Shown here piece by piece: positions 46,965 to 56,185 of a DNA stretch of 64,000 nucleotides; the first letter of the stretch is position 1; each line of letters starts with the position of its first letter. Location of the stretch: the NCBI GenBank assembly GCA_963741945.1, contig CAVUKA010000001.1, positions 1 to 64,000 on the forward strand, in the 5' to 3' direction. The notes beneath the pieces are model-generated. The model did not search any database, was not told the DNA's origin, and saw nothing but the letters and a program-made list of their open reading frames with translations. The stretch is from an uncultured Gemmatimonadales bacterium (GTDB lineage Bacteria; Gemmatimonadota; Gemmatimonadetes; Longimicrobiales; RSA9). The position numbers were made by a program, and so were the translations under genes.

Positions 46965-49508
46965 TCAGCGCCCGACCATGCCCCGCATGCCACCGCTCAC
47001 GAGCGTGGCGACATTGGTGAGGACGCGAGGAAGCGCAAGACCGCCGGGGGAGGCGATGTAGCGGGGCTCCCAGACCGGACCGAACTTCTCCTTGTACTCG
47101 CGCAGCCCTTCGAAGTTGTAGAACTGCTCGCCGTGGTGGAACAGCGCGGCCCCGAGGCGTGCCCAGAGCGGTGCCAGGTGACGGTCCTCGAGTCCGGCGA
47201 GCGGCGCCATTCCGAGGCTGAACCATTCGAAGCCCGTCTTCTGTCCCCAGAGCAGGAGCTGGACGAACAGGAACTCCATGGTGCTGGGCGGGGCGCCTGC
47301 GGCATAGCGCATGAGGTCGACCGACAGCTCGTGGCGGTCCGCGCCCTGGAGGACGTTGGCGAACGCGACGATCTCGGAATCGACCTCCACGACGGCCACG
47401 TTGGTGGCCTGCAGGTACTCGGGCTGGAAGAAGCCGAGGGAAAAGCCTTTCTCCCGGGTGGCCTTGCCCTCGAGCCAGTCGTCGGAGATCGCGCGGAGCC
47501 GCGGCAGGACCGAGGGCACCTCGTCGGGCGGGAGGACGCGGAAGGCGCCCCCCCTCTCCTCCATCTTGCGGACGGTATAGCGCATCCCCTTGCGCCGCCC
47601 TCCCTCGAGGGAGAAGGAGGCGAGTGGAACGCGAGCCTCCTCGCCGATCTTGGTGAGCGCGAGTCCGAGGTCGATGTAGAGCGGCAGGTGCCCGGGCTCG
47701 ACCTGATAGAAGACGGGGTAGTCGCCGTGGCGATGCGCCTGCTCCAGGAACTGCCAGGCCAGCTCGCGCGCGGCCGGCGCGGGTCCGACGGGGTCGCCCA
47801 TGGCCACCCAGCTCCGGCCTTCCACGCCGTACATGACGAACGCGGTCCGATGGTCGTCGAACAGGAAGTGCTTGTCCCCGAGCAGGGCGAGCTGGGCATA
47901 GGCCCGTGGCGAAGCGCGAGCGATGCGGGTGGCCGTGTCCACGTCATCGGGGAGCGGGAGCAGCGCCGCCGGCCGCGCGGGGGTCAACAGCCTGGCGAGC
48001 GCGAACGTGCCCACGGCCGTGAGCGTGCCGACGGTGGCGCGAAGGAAGCGGGGTGCGTCGGCATCGCGGGCGAACCTCCACCAGAGCGCGTCGGTGTAGA
48101 CCACGTTCTTGTAGGCGAGGAGCCCGAGCCCGACCGTGGCGATGAGAGCGCCCACCACTGCGGCGGCCCAGGTGGCCGTGAACGGCTCTGCCATGAGCGA
48201 AGCGCGGCGATAGAACTCGCCCCGGCTGGCCACCAGGGCAGCGGTCGTGATGGCCAGAAAGATGGCCTCCTCGTAGTCCAGCCCCTTCAGGAGCGTGAAC
48301 ACGATCCCGGTGACCATCAGCGTCACCGCGAGGTGGTAGGCCGCGTCGAGCCGGCGCTGGATGCCCCAGGCCAGGACGAGCAGCCCGCCACCGGCCACGC
48401 TGGCAAGGAAGTGGGACGCCTCGATGAGTCCGAGCGGGAACACGTCGTTCAGCCAGCGCAGCCGTCCACCCATGGCGGGCGTGGAGCCTGAAAACAGGAG
48501 CACCAGCCCCGCCACGAAAGTGGCAATGGCCATGGCCTGCGGCACGACCACGGCCAGACCGCGGCCGACCACGCCCGCGGCGCGACCGATCTCCCGCCTC
48601 CGTCGTCCGGCTTCGAAAGCGCCGAGGGCTGCGACGGCGGCCAGGAGGGGCAGGAGGTAGTAGACGGCACGGTACACGAGGAGGGAGCCGAGGAGCGCGC
48701 CGTGCCCGATGTCGTCCGGAAGGAGCGTGAGGATCACGGCCTCGAAGACGCCGAGCCCTCCGGGCACGTGGCTGACGAGGCCAGCCACCTGCGCCAGGAG
48801 GAAGATCCCCAGGAAGCCGGGGTAGCTGAGGCCCGTGTGGGGAGGGAGGATCACGAAGAGAACGGCGGCGGCGGCCGCCCAGTCCGCCATGGAGACCACC
48901 AGCTGCGCCAGGGTCAGCGCGGGGCCGGGCGGCGAGATGCGCCATCCTCCCACCTGCATCCCGCCGCGTCCCCACACGCCCCAGAGGACGTACGCGGCAG
49001 CGAGGAGTGCGAAGACGATGCCGAGGGGGCGGGTGGGGAGGCCGAGCAGGCGCGGCAGGTGGACGGGCGAGAGGAACAGGGCCACGCCGCCGAGCGCCAG
49101 GAATCCGATCCAGAACGAGGCCGTGTAGAAGGCGACCAGGTCACGGATGCGGGCGGCTTCGACCTCCCAGGCGGTGTAGAGGCGGTAGCGGACGGGAGCC
49201 CCGGTGAGCAGCGGGAATCCGAGGGCATTGCTGAAGGCGTAGCCGATGAACGACGCGAGCGCGGTGCGGGCGTAGCGGAGCGGGTGCCCCGCGTAGCGGA
49301 GGCCGAGGGCGTCGTAGGTGCTCAGGATGAGGAAGCTTCCGATGGTGAGCAGGACCGCGAGCACCACGTGGCCGGCGGGGAGCGCGGCCACGGCCGTGCG
49401 GACCTCCGACCACCGGAACTCCCGCATCTCGTGATGGATGGCCAGGACCGCGACGACCAGGAACGGGAGCGCCAGCAGCGGTTCGAAACGCTTCCACCAC
49501 GACTTCAC
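46965..49508 (-). CDS. mprF: MprF-type flippase / aminoacyl-lipid synthase (DUF2156)
   Basis: About 14 TM helices with 'VPGGLGVFE'; soluble domain 'MGDPVG', 'KIGEEA', 'EKGFSLG', 'VDLMRY', 'YNFEGLREYKEKF'. Confidence 0.92.
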   Translation of the reverse strand: MKSWWKRFEPLLALPFLVVAVLAIHHEMREFRWSEVRTAVAALPAGHVVLAVLLTIGSFLILSTYDALGLRYAGHPLRYARTALASFIGYAFSNALGFPLLTGAPVRYRLYTAWEVEAARIRDLVAFYTASFWIGFLALGGVALFLSPVHLPRLLGLPTRPLGIVFALLAAAYVLWGVWGRGGMQVGGWRISPPGPALTLAQLVVSMADWAAAAAVLFVILPPHTGLSYPGFLGIFLLAQVAGLVSHVPGGLGVFEAVILTLLPDDIGHGALLGSLLVYRAVYYLLPLLAAVAALGAFEAGRRRREIGRAAGVVGRGLAVVVPQAMAIATFVAGLVLLFSGSTPAMGGRLRWLNDVFPLGLIEASHFLASVAGGGLLVLAWGIQRRLDAAYHLAVTLMVTGIVFTLLKGLDYEEAIFLAITTAALVASRGEFYRRASLMAEPFTATWAAAVVGALIATVGLGLLAYKNVVYTDALWWRFARDADAPRFLRATVGTLTAVGTFALARLLTPARPAALLPLPDDVDTATRIARASPRAYAQLALLGDKHFLFDDHRTAFVMYGVEGRSWVAMGDPVGPAPAARELAWQFLEQAHRHGDYPVFYQVEPGHLPLYIDLGLALTKIGEEARVPLASFSLEGGRRKGMRYTVRKMEERGGAFRVLPPDEVPSVLPRLRAISDDWLEGKATREKGFSLGFFQPEYLQATNVAVVEVDSEIVAFANVLQGADRHELSVDLMRYAAGAPPSTMEFLFVQLLLWGQKTGFEWFSLGMAPLAGLEDRHLAPLWARLGAALFHHGEQFYNFEGLREYKEKFGPVWEPRYIASPGGLALPRVLTNVATLVSGGMRGMVGR

Positions 49509-49568
49509 GGATCACGCCTCCGGTGTGGGATCAGGAGGGCCCCAATATGCGCAAGCGACGCGGCCGCG

Positions 49569-50885
49569 TCATCCCTGCCGGCCTGGCCGTCGCGAGCCGC
49601 GGCCTCCCACCTCACGCCAGACAGGGAGCAGGTCCTCCCGGACCACGTCCGCCCAGGTGGGCCAGATGCGCTCGATCCGCCGGCGGGCCGCAGCCCCGGC
49701 CGCCGCGCGGCGCGCTTCGTCCACGAGGAGCGGGCGCAACGCGGCCTCCCATGCTTCCACGGTGTCCTCCTCGACGATCACGCCCGCCGCCACCACGCCG
49801 ACCCGACCGGCACCGGCCACCCGCTCGGCGCAGGACGTCCCGGCCGCGACCACTGCCGGAAGACCGGAAGACAGCGCCTCGATGACCACGTTGCCGACCG
49901 TCTCGGAGCGGGATGGGAAGGCGAAGACATCGGCCGCGGAATACAGTTCGGCGAGGGCCTGCTGCGTGAGCACACCGAGGCACGACACGTCGCTTCCGAG
50001 CAGCGCTTCCAGGTCGGGCACCCGGGTTCCTTCTCCGGCCACCACGAAGTGAACCGAAACGCCCGTGTCCCGCAGCCGCCGGACCGCGCGGCCGGCCAGC
50101 ATCACGCCCTTGCTGTCGTCCACACGCCCCGCGAACAGGACCAGGGGAGAATCGGGGAGGCCATGGCGCTCGCGCACGGCCGCGGTGGCATGCGGGCGGG
50201 GTTGGAACCGGTCCCGGTTGACGCCCCGGCGAAGGCGGCGGATGCGGTCGGCCGGCACCACGTCCGCCGCCCAGCGGCGGTCGCGCGCATTGGACACGTA
50301 GATGATGCGGCTGTCGCGCATGATCCTCTCCACCCCCCGCCGCGTCGCGCGCGCCGCACGCTCGTGCAGCCGCAACCGGTCGAGGGCGAGATGGTCCAGC
50401 CGCAGGCGACCCGCGAGGCCATGCCCCAGGGCCCGGGTGATGATCCGCCGGGCATACACGCGAGTGAAGCGCGGGAGGTGCGTGTGCAGGGAGAAGACCA
50501 GGGGCAGCCCGGTGCGTGAGGCAATGCGGCGGGCCGTCCGTCCGAACGCGAAGGAATCGGTGGCATGGAGAACGTCGTGGCTCGGGAGGGCGCGCGCGAG
50601 GGCGGCGTGGTGCGGTGCGAGGTCCGTGTCCCCCGCGCCCTGCCTCAGGAGCGCGAATCGGTTGGTGCCGAGCCGGGGCGGGAGCGTGATGTAGCGGGTG
50701 GAGGGCCCGAGCGGCTCGGTGTCTTCGTGGTCGCCCAGGAAGTAGACGGTGAGGTCCAGCCCGGGCTCATCCACGGCCGCTTCGGCGAACCGCTCCCAGC
50801 ACTTGACGTGCCCGCCCGCCTCGGGTCCCCGCTGCAGCGTCACGAGCACCCCCACGGAAATGGGCAAGGGGGCGCGGGTGTTCAC
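49569..50885 (-). CDS. Glycosyltransferase family 4 (GT-B)
   Basis: 'RGVNRDRF.P', 'FAGRVDDSKG', 'FPSRSETVGNVVIEALSSGLP'; GTG start overlaps the squalene synthase stop. Confidence 0.88.
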   Translation of the reverse strand: MNTRAPLPISVGVLVTLQRGPEAGGHVKCWERFAEAAVDEPGLDLTVYFLGDHEDTEPLGPSTRYITLPPRLGTNRFALLRQGAGDTDLAPHHAALARALPSHDVLHATDSFAFGRTARRIASRTGLPLVFSLHTHLPRFTRVYARRIITRALGHGLAGRLRLDHLALDRLRLHERAARATRRGVERIMRDSRIIYVSNARDRRWAADVVPADRIRRLRRGVNRDRFQPRPHATAAVRERHGLPDSPLVLFAGRVDDSKGVMLAGRAVRRLRDTGVSVHFVVAGEGTRVPDLEALLGSDVSCLGVLTQQALAELYSAADVFAFPSRSETVGNVVIEALSSGLPAVVAAGTSCAERVAGAGRVGVVAAGVIVEEDTVEAWEAALRPLLVDEARRAAAGAAARRRIERIWPTWADVVREDLLPVWREVGGRGSRRPGRQG

Positions 50886-51838
50886 GCGGGGCGGAAGGCC
50901 GGCGCGTCGTCCTGCTGGAGGCGGATGACGGGCCGTCCGAGGCGGAGGTCTGCCTTGAGACGCGCCATGATGGCCCACACCCTGGTGCGCGAGATCTTGC
51001 TTCCCGGTCCGTCCTCCTCCACACGGTCGAGCGTAGCCATCGCCAGGAGCACTGGCAGGGCATTGAAGGCCACGATCCCATCGGCGGCGCCGGCGGCCTG
51101 GAGAGCCAGCGTGTACTCGGCCGCCTGCCGGAGGTCGCCGCGCGCGAGCCTGAACAGCTCACCCCGCGCCACGGACTCCGGGACCAGGGCCCTGCCCTCG
51201 CGTACGTCCGCGGAGGCGTCCCGGAGCACGTTCACCAGCTGGAGCGCTTCACCGAACGCGCGCGCCCTGCGCCGGAGCCTGGGTCCGAGGCCATCATCGG
51301 CGCAATCGAGCAGGAAGAGCTCGGTCAGCATCTCGCCGACGATGCCCGCCACGGCGTAGCAGTACGCGCGCAGCTCCTCGAGATCGCGCAGGCGCAGGAC
51401 GCCATCGGCGTCGGCGCGCCGAAGGAAGGAGGCCATGCCGCGGCACGTGCGGACCGTGTGGCTCGCGATGATGTGGGCGGCATCCTCCCGCGTCTCCGCG
51501 AGCGCTTCGAAAACGATGGGGGCTTCCCGGAGCAGGTGCAGGTAGCCGTCGTGCTCCACGGGCGCGTTCTCGCTCCATGCGCGGGCGAGCGCCCGCATGC
51601 GGAGCGGCCCCGCATCCGTTTCCAGGGCGCGGGCCATCCGCTCGAGAGCATCGATCCGCTCCTGGACGGGCCACCGGGTGGAGTCCTCGAACGTATCGGC
51701 GATGCGGAAGAGAAGGTACGCTTCCGTGACTTCGGTACAGAGAGGGTCGGGAAGCAGCGGGATCGCCAGTGCGAACGTGCGACTGGTCTCCTCCAGGAGC
51801 GACTGCAGCTGCTCGGCGCGGGGGGTTGCAGTGTTCAT
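50882..51838 (-). CDS. Squalene synthase (single-enzyme type; squalene/phytoene synthase family)
   Basis: 'SRTFALAI', 'YLLFRIADTFED', 'YCYAVAGIVG', 'LQLVNVLRD'. Confidence 0.82.
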   Translation of the reverse strand: MNTATPRAEQLQSLLEETSRTFALAIPLLPDPLCTEVTEAYLLFRIADTFEDSTRWPVQERIDALERMARALETDAGPLRMRALARAWSENAPVEHDGYLHLLREAPIVFEALAETREDAAHIIASHTVRTCRGMASFLRRADADGVLRLRDLEELRAYCYAVAGIVGEMLTELFLLDCADDGLGPRLRRRARAFGEALQLVNVLRDASADVREGRALVPESVARGELFRLARGDLRQAAEYTLALQAAGAADGIVAFNALPVLLAMATLDRVEEDGPGSKISRTRVWAIMARLKADLRLGRPVIRLQQDDAPAFRPA

Positions 51839-51863
51839 GGCTCTCCCGGTGCACGGAACGTTG

Positions 51864-52688
51864 TCATGGCACCACGATCGTGCCGGACACGGGGGCACCC
51901 GCCAGGAGGCGGTCCAGTACACCCGGCGCGGCGCCCTGGCCGATCCACGACGGGATGCCGGCGCGGGCGAGGCCCAGGGCCGCATCCACACGGTGCCGCA
52001 TGCCTCCCGTCACATCCGGCGCGTCCGCGCCGCCAGCCGCCTGGAGCAGGAGATCGGCGTCCCCTACGGGGATCCGCTCCAGGACATCACCCTGCTGCGA
52101 CAGGACGCCGGCCGTGGCTCCGAGCCAGAGACAGCGACGAACGTGCCAGCCGGCCGCGCTCAGGGAGTCGGCCACAGCCCCCAGCGCCGTCTCGGTGGAG
52201 CAGATCGAGGCGCCCCGGACCCGGTCCAGCACGACATCGCCGTAGACAACGGGCATGAAGCCCCGCTCGAGAGCCATGCGAACGGTTCCGTCGTGGAAAT
52301 GCTCGATCCGTCCGTCCGAGGCCACAGCGATGGCCGAGGGCGGGATGGAGAAGGGCGCAGCGCCAGCCGAGAGCAGCGAATCCACCACGATCCTGTGGAG
52401 CTCGGCCGCCGCTCGCTGCACGCGGGCGACGTCGGCGGGGAGCGCCGGGGTGTCTCCGGGGCCGCCCTCGAGACCGCGAAGTCCGGCGTGCACGGCTTGC
52501 GGGTGCCCGAACGACCCGCTGCCGTGCCCCACCACGAGATGGTGCCCCGCGTCCCGGGCGCGGGCCAGCTGTTCGGCAAGGCGCCGGATGACGGCCGGGC
52601 GTGGCGTGCCCGGCGTCCGCTTGTCGGTGATCAGGCTGCCACCGAGCTTGACCAGGATGAGGTCCCGATCCACGTCTCCCCCCGTCAC
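51864..52688 (-). CDS. Isopentenyl phosphate kinase (amino-acid kinase family)
   Basis: 'KLGGSLITDK', 'HGSGSFGH' with the IPK signature His, 'DVTGGM'. Alternative GTG start at 52673. Confidence 0.88.
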   Translation of the reverse strand: MTGGDVDRDLILVKLGGSLITDKRTPGTPRPAVIRRLAEQLARARDAGHHLVVGHGSGSFGHPQAVHAGLRGLEGGPGDTPALPADVARVQRAAAELHRIVVDSLLSAGAAPFSIPPSAIAVASDGRIEHFHDGTVRMALERGFMPVVYGDVVLDRVRGASICSTETALGAVADSLSAAGWHVRRCLWLGATAGVLSQQGDVLERIPVGDADLLLQAAGGADAPDVTGGMRHRVDAALGLARAGIPSWIGQGAAPGVLDRLLAGAPVSGTIVVP

Positions 52689-53716
52689 AACAGGTGCTCC
52701 ACGGAGCCGGCGGGACCCTCGCCGACACGATCGCGGATGACGCGCTGCACACCCGCCACCCCCGCGAGACGGCGAGCCACGACGTCCTCCGCGTCCTGCT
52801 CGCAGAGAACGTGCACGTTCGGCCCCGCGTCCAGCGTGCTGAACGCGGGGACGCCATCGCGGCGGAGCGCCTCGACAGCTTCGAGCACGGCTACCGTGGC
52901 CGGACGCCAGTAGCGGATCGGTGGCCGCGAGGACATGGCAATGAGGTGGAGGTCCATCGCCTCCTCTTCCAGCATTTCGCCCAGCTGCGGGAAATCGCGC
53001 TGCCGGATGGCGTCGCGCACGCGAGACAGCCGACCATCCAGGAGCGCGAGGCGACGCTCAAAGTAGGGGCTGGTGAACGCGCGGCGGTGACCCTCGCGGG
53101 ATGAGACTTTCTTGGGCGCCGGATCGGCGATCGCGATCACGTCGGAGATTGCCCAGTGCGACGCGGGGGCCAGCAGCTCCAGCTCGGTGGCGCCCTGCGC
53201 GGACCCCGGCCGCCATTCCACGAAGCCGCCGACGACCGATCGGGCGGCGGAGCCGGAGCCGGAGGCGCGGGCCAGATCCGAGAGCCGGTCGGTATCCAGG
53301 TCCAGTCCGAATGCCTGCGTCGCCGCGTGCGTCACGGCGGCGAAGATCGCCGATGACGACGCCAGGCCGGCGGCCACCGGGAAGTCCACCCCTACGGCCA
53401 CGTCCGCCCCGCCCGCCCCGCCCGCGCGCTCCACGATGCCCCGGACGTGGGCGGCCACGGGGTCGCGCAGCGGGGGCGGGGCGTCGGTGAGCGGGTTTGC
53501 GCTGGATCGCCGGTGGCGGAAGATGCGAATGGATCCCCCCTGGCGGGGGCGCACCGTGCAGGTGGCGGTGCATTCGGTCAGCGTCATGGAGATGGACGGA
53601 TTGAGCGGCAGCCCTGCCCCGGGATCCCGTGATCCCCAGTACTTGATGAGCGCAATGTTGGCGGGAGCGGTCCACGTCGACACCTGGAGTGCGGGGCGTG
53701 CGCTCACGCCGCTCAT
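52685..53716 (-). CDS. mvaD: Mevalonate (di)phosphate decarboxylase, probably monophosphate-specific
   Basis: 'NIALIKYWG', 'AAGLASSS', 'GSGSAARS', 'DAGPNVH'. Confidence 0.85.
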   Translation of the reverse strand: MSGVSARPALQVSTWTAPANIALIKYWGSRDPGAGLPLNPSISMTLTECTATCTVRPRQGGSIRIFRHRRSSANPLTDAPPPLRDPVAAHVRGIVERAGGAGGADVAVGVDFPVAAGLASSSAIFAAVTHAATQAFGLDLDTDRLSDLARASGSGSAARSVVGGFVEWRPGSAQGATELELLAPASHWAISDVIAIADPAPKKVSSREGHRRAFTSPYFERRLALLDGRLSRVRDAIRQRDFPQLGEMLEEEAMDLHLIAMSSRPPIRYWRPATVAVLEAVEALRRDGVPAFSTLDAGPNVHVLCEQDAEDVVARRLAGVAGVQRVIRDRVGEGPAGSVEHLL

Positions 53717-54825
53717 GCGACCTCCAGCCCGGGGCCCCCGAACGCGGCATCGACCGGCCTGATGTCGCGCAGGAAGTCCCAGCCGGCAATGCGCCGCGGG
53801 TCCTCATGATGCACGAGGATCATCCCCGCCCCCAGGGCGCCATCGGTTCCGTCGCACAGGCCGCCCGCGCCGGAGACCTTGGCCGCGCCACCCTCGGCCT
53901 CGACCCGCCGGATGATTCGGGTGGCCGCGGGCGGGACCACACCCAGCGCTTCGAGGGCCGACTCGAACGACCTGACGGCCGCGCCCACGGCGGCCGGGTC
54001 GTGGCCCGTGGCGAGGCCGTTCGCGAATCCGCGGGCCAGCTCACCCATTCGCTCGAGCTCGGCCTCGAGCCCGCGGTCCGCTTCAAGGCGACGGCGGACC
54101 GCCGCCACCACCTCACCCGTCCCGTGCGCCGGGCAGCCGCTGTCGTACGCCCGGAAGTGGGCGAGAGCGCGCGGGTCCGCGGCCAGGGGGCGGAAGCGCA
54201 GCCTGGCCCCCGGCTCCGCCGCCTCGGCGCGAATGACGCCGCCCCGGAGGACCGTCGCCCCATCGATCCCGGAAGGCGACCCGTGCTGCCGCCGCTCGAC
54301 CTCATGCGCCGCCGCTTCGAGGTCGGACGAGGGCGGATCCACACCGGCGGCGGCGCACACCGCGGCGATCAGGGAGAGGGCCAGCGCGGCGGAGCTGCCC
54401 ATGCCGTGGCCCACGGGGATATCGCTGTCCACCAGCACCTCCAGCGGCGGCGGGGTCCGCCCGAGGAGGTCGACGGCCGTCCCCAACGCGACCAGGGCGA
54501 GGTAGTGCCCGTCGCCCGCGCTCCGGGCGTCGCCCGGACCAGCCTCTCCGGCGGTGCGCGCCGCCTCCGTCCAGGTGAGCGTGACCGGGCGTCCACCGGG
54601 CAGCCTCAGGACCAGGACCGCCTCGGCCGCGGCCGTCGCACTGGCGATGGGCCTGGCGCGAACGCGCAGGCGGCGCTGCACGGCGGCGGCCACGGCCGGG
54701 TGGCCGTAGACCACCGAATGCTCGCCCATGAGGATGAGCTTGCCTGGCGCGGACGCGGAGGCGTCGCGCGGGACGCCGGTGAGGCCAACCGGGTCGCGAC
54801 CGGACGCGGTCACCGGAGCGGTCAT
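53713..54825 (-). CDS. mvk: Mevalonate kinase
   Basis: 'APGKLILMGEHSVVYG', 'PVGHGMGSSAA', 'HGSPSGID', 'AKVSGAG'. Confidence 0.9.
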   Translation of the reverse strand: MTAPVTASGRDPVGLTGVPRDASASAPGKLILMGEHSVVYGHPAVAAAVQRRLRVRARPIASATAAAEAVLVLRLPGGRPVTLTWTEAARTAGEAGPGDARSAGDGHYLALVALGTAVDLLGRTPPPLEVLVDSDIPVGHGMGSSAALALSLIAAVCAAAGVDPPSSDLEAAAHEVERRQHGSPSGIDGATVLRGGVIRAEAAEPGARLRFRPLAADPRALAHFRAYDSGCPAHGTGEVVAAVRRRLEADRGLEAELERMGELARGFANGLATGHDPAAVGAAVRSFESALEALGVVPPAATRIIRRVEAEGGAAKVSGAGGLCDGTDGALGAGMILVHHEDPRRIAGWDFLRDIRPVDAAFGGPGLEVA

Positions 54826-54826
54826 C

Positions 54827-56185
54827 TCATCCGGCCAATTCCGCTTCCGCGGCCGTGCCCGCCCTGCCCAGGCGCTCGTGCGCCCTCGCCAGGTCGCGAG
54901 ACGTGAGGGCGGCCAGCAGCGAGAGCTCGCCCGCCAGGACGGTGGCGCCCAGCGCTTCGGCGAGCCGGAGCGCTCCGACTCCTGGATTGTCAGGATCGGG
55001 CAGAGCGCCGATCAGGGCGAGGGCCTCGTTCTGCGTGGCCAGCCCGGTGCCACCACCCACCACGCCCACGGGGGCATCGGGCATGGAGATGGACACATAG
55101 ACGGCATCGTCGCCGCGCGGCTCGATGCACGTGATCCCCAGCGCGGCTTCGGCCACCTGCGCGGGGTCCTGCCCCGTGGCAATGAACAGCGCGGCCGCCA
55201 GATTGGCGTAATGGGCGTTGAAGCCGAGGGAGCCGGCGGCCGCGGAGCCCAGCAGGTTCTTGCGATACTGCACCTCGACCAGCGGCGCGGCGCTCGTCTT
55301 CAGGTAGCGCTGCAGGATCTCGCCGCTCAGGACCACTTCGGCGAAAATCCGTTTCCCCCGTCCTTCCCGGGCGTTGATGGCGGACGGCTTCTTGTCCACG
55401 CCGTAGTTCCCGGACAGAGAAACGCACTCGGCGCCCGTGGCGGGCTCGATGAGCTCGGTCACGATCCGATCCGTGGCGATTGTGGCCATGTTCATCCCCA
55501 TGGCATCGGCCGTGGAGAAGCGGAAGCGGAGAAAGAGAGAGCTGCCCACGGCCTGGGAGCGCACATCCAGGAGTTGGATGTAGCGGCTGTCGCGCTCCGC
55601 CACCGCGCGCATCTCTTCGAGGTGGGACTCCACCCATGCTTCCACCCGGCGTGTGTGCTCGATGCCGTGGGTCCGGAACACGGGGGCCCGGGTCATGCCG
55701 ACGTCCTCGACCTCCACGGTGGCTCCGCCCGCGGCGCGGATCGCGGCGCAACCGCGGTTGGTGCTGGCGAGGAGGGCCCCTTCGGTGGTGGCGAGGGGGA
55801 CGAAGAGCGGCTCGCCGCGGCCGCGGATCGGCAGCGGCCCGACCACGCCCACGGGCACCTGCGCGACGCCCACGAAGTTCTCGCAGTTGTACCTGGCCGC
55901 GCGCTCGGCATCGAGGCTGTAGTGGCCCGTGTGGTCGAGCCTCACGCCCGTCATCCGGGTGAGAGCCTGACGGCGCAGATCGGCGGCGGTGGCGGCATCC
56001 ACGGTATCGGGGAGCCGGTGGAGCGCCCGCTTGCCTGTCGCCATGTCGTGGACGAGCGCTTCCTCGGCGGGGTGCCGCCTTTCCGGGCGGCGGCCGTTTC
56101 CATTGCCGTTGCCGTTTCCGTTTCCTGAGCCGTTGCGCAGGTGCGCCTCGGGCGGAGTCTTCGATACGGGAGTCCGTCGCTTCAT
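54827..56185 (-). CDS. hmgA: HMG-CoA reductase, class I (NADPH)
   Basis: 'CENFVG', 'PLATTEGALLAS', 'DAMGMNM', 'SGNY..DKKPSAIN', 'GELSLLAAL..LARAH'. Confidence 0.92.
   Translation of the reverse strand: MKRRTPVSKTPPEAHLRNGSGNGNGNGNGNGRRPERRHPAEEALVHDMATGKRALHRLPDTVDAATAADLRRQALTRMTGVRLDHTGHYSLDAERAARYNCENFVGVAQVPVGVVGPLPIRGRGEPLFVPLATTEGALLASTNRGCAAIRAAGGATVEVEDVGMTRAPVFRTHGIEHTRRVEAWVESHLEEMRAVAERDSRYIQLLDVRSQAVGSSLFLRFRFSTADAMGMNMATIATDRIVTELIEPATGAECVSLSGNYGVDKKPSAINAREGRGKRIFAEVVLSGEILQRYLKTSAAPLVEVQYRKNLLGSAAAGSLGFNAHYANLAAALFIATGQDPAQVAEAALGITCIEPRGDDAVYVSISMPDAPVGVVGGGTGLATQNEALALIGALPDPDNPGVGALRLAEALGATVLAGELSLLAALTSRDLARAHERLGRAGTAAEAELAG

Noticed and set aside
56098-56135. (Asn-Gly)n microrepeat in the HMGR N-terminus
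   Set aside because: Short low-complexity linker with mixed codons; not a phase-variation tract.
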